Assembly: GCF_000621645.1 (NCBI RefSeq)
Contig: NZ_JHXR01000032.1
Location: forward strand, 1-20,192
DNA length: 20,192 bases
Direction: 5' to 3'
Origin: Vibrio cholerae ATCC 14035
Lineage (GTDB): Bacteria; Pseudomonadota; Gammaproteobacteria; Enterobacterales; Vibrionaceae
How positions within the stretch are numbered: position 1 is the first letter of the stretch; every line of letters begins with the position of its first letter. A program made the position numbers and the translations under genes. The notes under the pieces are model-generated. The model did not search any database, was not told the DNA's origin, and saw nothing but the letters and a program-made list of their open reading frames with translations. Below, in pieces: positions 6,107 to 12,391 of the stretch.

Positions 6107-6641
6107 TTAGACGAACACAACATACAAGGAGCATAGCGACACAGTAGGTTGTTTAGTGAGTCTTACCTATACACACTCAATAAACGTTAGTTTATGCAAC
6201 ACACAATGTTATAGCGGAGCTATTAAGTATGCACATTAGTTACGTAGTAACAAAGGATGCCCACAAGAGGTGCTTTAGCACTTAGACGAACAAAGTGAGT
6301 CTATTATTTGTAAGCGAAGCGCACACACAACCGAAGGGCGTAGGCGTTAGCCGTGAGGTGAGTGTTAACGAACTTATTACTTATAGTTCTCTTGTCTTTA
6401 AATCTTTACATGTAAAAACAAAAACAAAGATCTTTAAATCTTTTCTTGTGTGGTTCTTATGCACTTAGGAGCGTAAGCGAGTTAGTGCACACATAAGCGC
6501 AAGCGTTGTCACGTAGTGAGCACAGGCGAACGTAGTGTTATAGTTATGTGAGCTTATGCGAACTTAGTGTTATTTGGTTTTAAGCCTCATGGCGTTTGAA
6601 TGTTTTAGTTTGGACGAAGTCCTTATGAACTAAGCGAAGCG
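6107..6641. repeat. Degenerate array of (A/G)CGAA(C/G) and TTAG(T) motifs flanking an AT-rich core
   Basis: Exact 11-mers TTAGACGAACA (6107..6117, 6282..6292) and TAAGCGAAGCG (6311..6321, 6631..6641). 16-mers GCGAACgTAGTGTTAT and GCGAACtTAGTGTTAT at 6526..6541 and 6558..6573. Many looser copies. Confidence 0.6.
6395..6443. repeat. AT-rich core bracketed by exact 13-bp direct repeats TCTTTAAATCTTT (candidate DNA-unwinding element)
   Basis: Repeats at 6395..6407 and 6431..6443. The spacer is ACATGTAAAAACAAAAACAAAGA and contains a GATC. Confidence 0.6.
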
Positions 6642-6657
6642 TGTTCTTTATAGTTAG

Positions 6658-6760
6658 TGGGGTGATTTTCATACCTATAAAGTATGTTTATATGGATGAT
6701 TTTCAGCCCTATAAGATTCTCTAAGCTTCTATTTATATGGGTGATTTTCATACCTATAAA
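6658..6760 (+). repeat. Three ~25-bp iterons TATGG(G/A)TGATTTTCA(T/G)(A/C)CCTATAA
   Basis: Copies at 6658..6681, 6691..6715 and 6736..6760. Copies 1 and 3 share the 21-nt core GGTGATTTTCATACCTATAAA exactly; copy 2 has 4 substitutions. Spacing is 33 and 45 bp. Confidence 0.8.
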
Positions 6761-7000
6761 TTCATACAGTAGTACAGTTTACGGACTGCTTCCTACTTTC
6801 ATCCTCCCGATGCACACGCGGCAATGTGCGCCGAGACGGAATATTTGCAGCCCCAGAAAATCAATCGCTTACCAGATTTGTTTAGCGTAGAGGTGCTAAA
6901 AGGCATCACATAATCATATGTTACGTTACATACCTTAACCATCTGACCGCAATTTATTGGTTTGGTGTTTATACGGTGTGCATATTTGCATTGGGGGTTG

Positions 7001-7064
7001 TTGAACGTTTTTGTTCAAATCATCTCACTGTCCATTGATTGTTGTATATTTTTCATGTTATAAT
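7001..7064 (+). promoter_or_regulatory. Promoter of the winged-helix regulator gene, with an upstream palindromic operator candidate
   Basis: TTGATT (7035..7040), 18 nt, TGtTATAAT (7056..7064). The palindrome TTGAAC-gttttt-GTTCAA at 7001..7018 ends 16 bp upstream of the -35. Confidence 0.6.
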
Positions 7065-7100
7065 GGTCATAATAACAACAATCATTGAGGAGCCAACCTT

Positions 7101-7814
7101 ATGCAACACAATACCCCATACCTACCACACCAATCTCTACAACTACAATCGCGCCTAATCAAACTTTATCAGAATGTTGGTTTGTTTGTCCCTAAACTCA
7201 CTTTTTGTTTTAGTGTAGACAATGCAGAAACAGATACTCACTACTATAATGTGTGGTTTTCATCCAACGTTGATGGTGAGTTGATCATCGGTGAATGTAA
7301 TACATACGAAAAGGCGACTTTAATCGCCCAACAATGGCTTGATAACACAACAGACGAGGATTTACTTCACCTTGTGCAAAGTGTCTTATCTAGAGGCTAT
7401 ACAGACGGATTTAGTGAATGTATCGAAGGTGTTAGACAGGCAGACAAACTCACCAGTAACGAATTGCTTGTTTTAGAATGCCTACGACCTCAACTAGATT
7501 TTGAAGAAGGTTCAGAAAGTGGTCAGTATCCTTGGAGCAATACAGACATTAGTGACAAGACAGGCATTCACCGTTCAAACCTTCACCGTGTGCTTAAAAG
7601 TTTGGTTAACAAAGGTTTGATTGTAGAAGAAACCGTCAAACGTGATGTATGGGCAAGCTTGAAGAAGTGCGGCCATGTTCAGAAAGATGTATTGGTTTAT
7701 TACCCTGTTGCTACCCGTGAAGAAGATCTTGAGGTGATGGAAAACTGGCACGAATGGCGAGCTATCCGACAAAAGGAAGCAATGCAGAAGTGGCGAGCGA
7801 TGTTGTCTAGTTAA
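7101..7814 (+). CDS. Winged-helix (MarR-like) DNA-binding regulator with an orphan N-terminal domain
   Basis: GAGGAG RBS. The C-terminal segment NTDISDKTGIHRSNLHRVLKSLVNKGLIVEETVKRD is a typical wHTH recognition helix plus wing. Confidence 0.75.
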   Translation: MQHNTPYLPHQSLQLQSRLIKLYQNVGLFVPKLTFCFSVDNAETDTHYYNVWFSSNVDGELIIGECNTYEKATLIAQQWLDNTTDEDLLHLVQSVLSRGYTDGFSECIEGVRQADKLTSNELLVLECLRPQLDFEEGSESGQYPWSNTDISDKTGIHRSNLHRVLKSLVNKGLIVEETVKRDVWASLKKCGHVQKDVLVYYPVATREEDLEVMENWHEWRAIRQKEAMQKWRAMLSS

Positions 7815-7843
7815 TAACTGCTAGTTAATAACTGCTAGTTAAC
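7807..7843 (+). repeat. 14-bp tandem repeat CTAGTTAATAACTG, 2.6 copies, starting inside the last codons of the regulator gene
   Basis: Copies at 7807..7820 and 7821..7834, plus partial 7835..7843 (CTAGTTAAC). The first copy contains the TAA stop codon (7812..7814). Confidence 0.85.
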
Positions 7844-7919
7844 GAACACCGCCCAATTCTGGAACAGAACACCCCTAACACCCCCAACACAAAAAGATCC
7901 TGAATGCAATAAAAAAGTG

Positions 7920-7949
7920 TTGAAGTTGTCGGGCGGAACATGCTAATAT
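7920..7949 (+). promoter_or_regulatory. Extended -10 promoter (upstream member of a tandem pair)
   Basis: TTGAAG (7920..7925), 18 nt, TGcTAATAT (7941..7949). Followed by TTAACTTAGTGAGG, resembling the initial transcribed region of the other promoters. Confidence 0.5.
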
Positions 7950-8013
7950 TAACTTAGTGAGGCGTGAAGCACAAAAAGATGAATAATATTTTCAAAAAAG
8001 TTGTGTTTTACTA

Positions 8014-8043
8014 TTTACTATGCTAGTCGAAAACTGCTATAAT
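8014..8043 (+). promoter_or_regulatory. Extended -10 promoter for the replication operon
   Basis: TTTACT/TTACTA (8014..8020), 17-18 nt, TGcTATAAT (8035..8043). GCTATAATTAATA is identical to the -10 region at 11991..12003. Confidence 0.55.
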
Positions 8044-8199
8044 TAATACATGAGGTAATAAAAGACACCTTTTCACGGTAGTGACATACCCCTGAACAAA
8101 CTTTCATAACACAATCTAACCTACTCCATACGTGCATTGCTTGCGATGAATCACACGTTGTGGGGTTTTCGTGTATCCGCAGGATAAGGAAACAAAACT

Positions 8200-8436
8200 A
8201 TGAAATATGAAATTCCACCATCATTAAATTTGAAAGAACTACCACTAACAACACAGTATCAACTGAACCGCATGTTAAACGGTGAGATTCGCCCGTCAGC
8301 AATTCGACGTAATAAAGCTAACTACAAGCTTAAAGGTGATAAAGATAAGGTGTTCGAGAATGGTTTAGCCGTCCGACTATTTAACCTTATTAAAGAATAC
8401 AACAATGTCGAAAGTGTTGAGAGTGAGGAGGTTTAA
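8200..8436 (+). CDS. Hypothetical protein (78 aa)
   Basis: AAGGAA RBS; first gene after the tandem promoters. Confidence 0.65.
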   Translation: MKYEIPPSLNLKELPLTTQYQLNRMLNGEIRPSAIRRNKANYKLKGDKDKVFENGLAVRLFNLIKEYNNVESVESEEV

Positions 8437-8442
8437 CAGATT

Positions 8443-8625
8443 ATGAAAATTCAATTAAAACACCCATACGATAAACTAGCGGGCGAGTTAGCAGATCTTA
8501 CAGGACTAAGCCCCACTCAATTAACTATCCAACTGATGCAAGAGCTACAAATCAAAATTTCTGAAACAAATGCCCAAGAAGAGGCAAAGGAGAATAATAA
8601 CAATGTCAAAGTTTTACCAAATTAA
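8443..8625 (+). CDS. Hypothetical small protein (60 aa)
   Basis: GAGGAGG RBS. LADLTGLSPTQLTIQLMQEL could be a small DNA-binding fold. The 3' end overlaps repA by 23 nt. Confidence 0.55.
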   Translation: MKIQLKHPYDKLAGELADLTGLSPTQLTIQLMQELQIKISETNAQEEAKENNNNVKVLPN

Positions 8626-9643
8626 TACAACACTTCTAGAAAGTAATGAAGCTGTAAACAAACAAACAGGTGAGGTTGTCCCACTTTCACCAGAAACAAA
8701 GCTTGTATATGCCTATATGCTAAATCAATATCGAATGCATAGAAAATACGGCAACCGTAGATATACTGAATCATGGGATAAAATCTTTACAGTGTGTTGT
8801 GATGTGGCTACGCAGAAGCAAAAGAAATTAGCCAAAGAACTTACAACACTAGGCTTGATAGAAGTAATCGGTAACAAAAACGCCTACAAGGTTGTGCATA
8901 GTGTTGAATCTATTATGGAAGCTTGGGAACTTACCAATTCAAAACTTAACACCTTCAAAGATCCTACCCAAACAACCAAGCGGAAAGAATCTAAGAAACA
9001 ACGCCTCAATAAATGGGAAGAAGATAAGCGCAGCAAAGGCGAATGGAAGGATTTTAAAGAACCTCACCTAGAAGAGATGCAAGATTGTAACGGCGCAGAA
9101 AGCTACTTTACAGAGCAACCACCTGTAGAAGCTTACGAGCAAGATTACCGCCCTATCGCTGGTGATACCGTTAACTTTGGTGTATTAGCTGATATTGATA
9201 CTTCTGGCGCACCAACGTCTGATCAGTGGGATTGTCCACCAGAAGATGAACCAGAGTCACCTACCCCTGCAAAGGATGAACCTCAAGAAGTTGTTGAAGT
9301 GGTTACGCCGCAAGTGGTGGAGCATGTTACCCCTGTAGTGTGTGGTGATAAAAGTAAACTGTTGAAGTGCTTCCGACCAAACACAGATATTAGTGAAATT
9401 GATATAAGCGGAAAAGGGATCGGATTCTTTGCCAAACCTTTACACTTGAAAGAGTGCGATAAAGATACAGCAAGGCAATATCTCAAGGCTATAAAAGCGT
9501 ACTATTGGGATCAATACAATCCTGATAATGCAACGATAGCTAACATGGTTAGTTGGTTGACTTGTTCAGTATGCAGCAATTTAACTAACGAGCTAGGCTA
9601 CTGCCTCGATCCTAATTGCTCTAGTAATAACCTCCCCTTCTAA
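8603..9643 (+). CDS. repA: RepA_N-family replication initiator
   Basis: The N-terminus FYQINTTLL...PLSPETKLVYAYMLNQYRMHRKYG...WDKIF...KKLAKELTTLGLIEVIGNK follows the RepA_N pattern (F/Y-x-hydrophobic, LS-x-x-AKLLY, embedded wHTH ending in GLI). An acidic Pro-rich linker (PPEDEPESPTPAKDEPQEVVEVV) and a Cys-rich C-terminus (CSVCSN...CLDPNC) follow. Start at ATG 8603 (AAGGAG 10 nt upstream) is preferred over the track's 8570. Confidence 0.75.
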   Translation: MSKFYQINTTLLESNEAVNKQTGEVVPLSPETKLVYAYMLNQYRMHRKYGNRRYTESWDKIFTVCCDVATQKQKKLAKELTTLGLIEVIGNKNAYKVVHSVESIMEAWELTNSKLNTFKDPTQTTKRKESKKQRLNKWEEDKRSKGEWKDFKEPHLEEMQDCNGAESYFTEQPPVEAYEQDYRPIAGDTVNFGVLADIDTSGAPTSDQWDCPPEDEPESPTPAKDEPQEVVEVVTPQVVEHVTPVVCGDKSKLLKCFRPNTDISEIDISGKGIGFFAKPLHLKECDKDTARQYLKAIKAYYWDQYNPDNATIANMVSWLTCSVCSNLTNELGYCLDPNCSSNNLPF

Positions 9644-9727
9644 GCTTACCCAATAAATCAACAATTTGAATGCACTACCTTAGTAAGGTTGGTGTGATAA
9701 CTATTTTACTAATATGAGGAATAAATA

Positions 9728-10579
9728 ATGTCATTTACAAAATCTGAAATCCTAGAAGCCTTGCAAAGTAACCTAGAGATTACAAATATCACCTGCAACA
9801 CTGCAACATTAAAATTTAAGTATGAAAATACACCTTTTGAAATACTACCCTCTAAAATGTGTATTAAATCTAAGAATAAAGGTTTTGCAGGTAGCTACCG
9901 AACATTTAAGAGTTTATCGGAGTTGGTTCAACTAGTCAAATCTTGTGAACGTTTTATCCTTGGTGACGGCCTTGTTGATACAATCCCCGACCTACTTTAC
10001 AAAGCTAAGGTTAGAGATGCTCAGTTTATCGAAGATTGTTATTACAAAGAGAGTGCCTACTACAAACTAAAACGAGAACTTTCAAACAATTCTGACTACG
10101 CTAAGAAAAGTTTTAAGGAGATAAAAGATTCTTGTGACGATTTTAAAAATTGGTGGGATAGAATTGACCTCCCTGACAACTGGGAAGATTTTAAAACATG
10201 GTGTGACACTAATAATTGCTCTACACAAATCGCACTAGAGTTAATCTTGAGAAGATTACGTTTTCTTCCTTCAGATTCAGGCGTTAAAGCGGTGAGATTT
10301 TGCAATATCTTCTATTGGTATAACGGCACATATCGTAATGCAAAAGGTAAAACCCACTACCAATCTAAAAACTTGTTACATGTGATCAGATTGCAGGATA
10401 GTTTCAATCCCTTAGAAGGAGCTAACATTGACGATTATTCACTCTTACCTACAGACAAGGCAACGTTGACGAAAGAAATTGCAATGTTTTTAAGTAATAC
10501 TGAGTTTTATAAGTTAGATATGCAAGCTTACACTAAAGGTTATAAAGATAGTTATGTCCTTGACACCAAAGCTCTATAA
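9728..10579 (+). CDS. Hypothetical protein (283 aa), Trp/Cys-rich central segment
   Basis: GAGGA RBS; operon context downstream of repA; no family recognised. Confidence 0.7.
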   Translation: MSFTKSEILEALQSNLEITNITCNTATLKFKYENTPFEILPSKMCIKSKNKGFAGSYRTFKSLSELVQLVKSCERFILGDGLVDTIPDLLYKAKVRDAQFIEDCYYKESAYYKLKRELSNNSDYAKKSFKEIKDSCDDFKNWWDRIDLPDNWEDFKTWCDTNNCSTQIALELILRRLRFLPSDSGVKAVRFCNIFYWYNGTYRNAKGKTHYQSKNLLHVIRLQDSFNPLEGANIDDYSLLPTDKATLTKEIAMFLSNTEFYKLDMQAYTKGYKDSYVLDTKAL

Positions 10580-10732
10580 AGCTTGAACCTACAAAGGTTA
10601 CGCCGCTTAAAACCCCACACAACACGCTCTAACACAAACAAACACACTACCCCATTGATGCAGCGTTAAACGCTTCTACGGCTTTCTACGCTCGTTATTC
10701 AGGGGTATATAACAATATAAGGAACTAAATAC

Positions 10733-10885
10733 ATGCAACAATTCACAATAGACAGTATCACCCTTGCCGCCATGATTCGCATTTGCACAATCGAAACATT
10801 AACGGAAGCGCAGCGCCTTGAACTTATCAAAGCTCACTTACTCAATATTAAAACACCAACCACTGATGAATGGGACGAATTTTAA
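10733..10885 (+). CDS. Micro-ORF, 50 aa (not in the ORF track)
   Basis: AAGGAA RBS; reads MQQFTIDSITLAAMIRICTIETLTEAQRLELIKAHLLNIKTPTTDEWDEF. Confidence 0.5.
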   Translation: MQQFTIDSITLAAMIRICTIETLTEAQRLELIKAHLLNIKTPTTDEWDEF

Positions 10886-10886
10886 A

Positions 10887-10967
10887 ATGAAAAAGAGATT
10901 ACGAATCCGCAAAATTAGACGTAGCCGACTACGTTTTAACTATAAACTATTACAAGGAAATAAATAA
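10887..10967 (+). CDS. Micro-ORF, 26-aa Arg/Lys-rich peptide (speculative)
   Basis: Reads MKKRLRIRKIRRSRLRFNYKLLQGNK. The ATG lies 1 nt after the previous stop and its own stop overlaps the next ATG (TAATG), which suggests coupling. No clear RBS. Confidence 0.25.
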   Translation: MKKRLRIRKIRRSRLRFNYKLLQGNK

Positions 10968-11113
10968 TGTACCAGATTGAAGACGGACAAGCGTATATTA
11001 TCGTCAGTAGGGCAGAATTCGACATTTACACCGCTTTAAGTGATGCAGGTAAAAAAGAATATTTTGATGAGTTAACACACAACCGCCCTATCTATAGCTT
11101 GATCGAAGATTAA
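10967..11113 (+). CDS. Micro-ORF, 48 aa
   Basis: AAGGAA RBS; reads MYQIEDGQAYIIVSRAEFDIYTALSDAGKKEYFDELTHNRPIYSLIED. Confidence 0.5.
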   Translation: MYQIEDGQAYIIVSRAEFDIYTALSDAGKKEYFDELTHNRPIYSLIED

Positions 11114-11145
11114 ACAACATAACAACAATAAGGAAAGGAAAAATT

Positions 11146-11262
11146 ATGAACATCCAAGACGTGACAGCAGCAATTGATCTTCTAACCATTGCATATGTGT
11201 TTATCAAATCGCATCCATATTACACCGAGTTTATGCAATATCTTCTACTAAACCAACAATAA
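11146..11262 (+). CDS. Micro-ORF, 38 aa
   Basis: AAGGAAAGGA RBS; reads MNIQDVTAAIDLLTIAYVFIKSHPYYTEFMQYLLLNQQ. Confidence 0.45.
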   Translation: MNIQDVTAAIDLLTIAYVFIKSHPYYTEFMQYLLLNQQ

Positions 11263-11278
11263 TAATAAGGAGAATAAT

Positions 11279-11617
11279 ATGAACCCAGATTATGTTAAGC
11301 TGAAACTAAAACAAGGCCAGATTGACTCCATTAATAAAAAGATCGCCAAACTAGCCAAGAAAAACACACCAAATGCTGTTGTTAAAAAGCTTACTACCCA
11401 ATGCTTACAAGGTTTGCTGACATATGATCACGAAGTTAAAGTATTGATGGAGTATGTTGTAGCAAATGCAGATTGTTTTGTGGATGAACAGGTAAAGTGC
11501 GCTAAAAAGTATCTAGCAGCTAAAACCGCACCTTATCCTATTCTGTTCTTGATGGACTTTTATAATGCAGGATCAAGTGACGGCTGGAATTATAAAAATG
11601 TGCTATTAGGTATTTAA
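11279..11617 (+). CDS. Hypothetical protein (112 aa)
   Basis: AAGGAG RBS; operon context. Confidence 0.7.
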   Translation: MNPDYVKLKLKQGQIDSINKKIAKLAKKNTPNAVVKKLTTQCLQGLLTYDHEVKVLMEYVVANADCFVDEQVKCAKKYLAAKTAPYPILFLMDFYNAGSSDGWNYKNVLLGI

Positions 11618-11638
11618 CAAACTAAGAGGATTATTAAA

Positions 11639-11938
11639 ATGTACCAAGTGGAATTTAAGACAAAAGAAGGTGCACGTTACACCGTGGTATTCACACAATA
11701 TGTTTGTGCCATGCCAAATCCCGACACCTTGCATGTTACTAGCGACCGTTTCGATTTTAAAATTACCCGTATTAAAAATGACCGCAGTATTACTCAGGAT
11801 GTAAATTTCAATTTAAAAATCGACGGTAAGGTTATCCCTGCAACCCAATACGTTGTAAGTGGGCAAAACAGTAAACGCACAAGCAAGCAGACGGATGTAA
11901 TACTATCGAACTATTACAACTGGGTGGATTTAATTTAA
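11639..11938 (+). CDS. Hypothetical protein (99 aa)
   Basis: AAGAGGA RBS; last gene of the replication-side operon. Confidence 0.7.
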   Translation: MYQVEFKTKEGARYTVVFTQYVCAMPNPDTLHVTSDRFDFKITRIKNDRSITQDVNFNLKIDGKVIPATQYVVSGQNSKRTSKQTDVILSNYYNWVDLI

Positions 11939-11965
11939 ACATTTTCACTTATGACTTGAAAATAG

Positions 11966-11998
11966 TTGTTGATAATGATTCTCGTTTAATGCTATAAT
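11966..11998 (+). promoter_or_regulatory. Extended -10 promoter, the plus-strand twin of the 4658..4690 module
   Basis: TTGATA (11969..11974), 18 nt, TGcTATAAT (11990..11998). 11969..11998 differs from the reverse complement of 4658..4687 at 2 positions. 11971..11989 matches the Fur consensus at 14 of 19 positions. Confidence 0.7.
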
Positions 11999-12004
11999 TA
12001 ATAT

Positions 12005-12229
12005 GTAGGGGAGGATAACCTTACCTACTTTTGATTATATGTTTCTCCTTACATTCATATAATACACCTCTTCAAATTGCGCTGTCACGCAATCTTAGCT
12101 AACTGCTATTGCATACCCAATAGTATTCTCCCCTGTTCATAACCATTGTTAGCGTGGTGAGGATTCCTTATGTTTGTTGTTATGTAAATTAATAAAGGTG
12201 GTTCCCTTCTTCAACCACTTTTATTTTTA
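12005..12229 (+). ncRNA. Candidate ~225-nt structured non-coding transcript, either an sRNA or a terminated leader of the late operon
   Basis: Bounded by the promoter at 11969..11998 and the terminator at 12195..12229. No ORF longer than 7 codons. Hairpins: GTAGG-GG-AGG-ATAA-CCT-TA-CCTAC (12005..12028), ATTGCG-ctgtca-CGCAAT (12076..12093), CTATTG-catacc-CAATAG (12106..12123). Confidence 0.55.
12195..12229 (+). terminator. Intrinsic terminator
   Basis: AAGGTGGTT-cccttcttc-AACCACTT(T): a 9-bp stem with one G-U pair, followed by a T-rich tail (TTATTTTT). Confidence 0.75.
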
Positions 12230-12391
12230 CCATAGCATTCAAGTCATAAGTGTAAATTGTAAATTGTGAAAGGTCGATTCGACAGTAAATCGGCCACTTT
12301 AAAAACCCTATTACACTAGCAAATGACAGACTGTTAGCTGTAAATATTTTATAACAACAATAAATAATAATAATTACAAGGAAATACGAAC

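Noticed and set aside
6004-6760. CRISPR array
   Set aside because: The repeats are short (13-25 bp), belong to several unrelated families, are degenerate and are irregularly spaced (15-46 bp). There is no leader/cas context and no uniform spacer length.
5279-6890. Track ORFs inside the non-coding region (5279..5500 minus, 5659..6042 plus, 5918..6103 minus, 6684..6890 plus)
   Set aside because: None has a Shine-Dalgarno sequence, whereas nearly every accepted gene has AAGGA or GAGG. They run straight through exact DNA repeats (TTTGCATTTTGCAAAT, the CCACACAA iterons, the 25-bp iterons). Their products are low-complexity, Cys/His/Tyr-rich strings typical of translated AT-rich non-coding DNA.
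11941-11963. Terminator after 11639..11938 (ATTTTCA-n9-TGAAAAT)
   Set aside because: The stem is 7 bp and almost entirely A-U, with no following T-run, so it is too weak to call. It may still contribute to insulation from the promoter at 11969.
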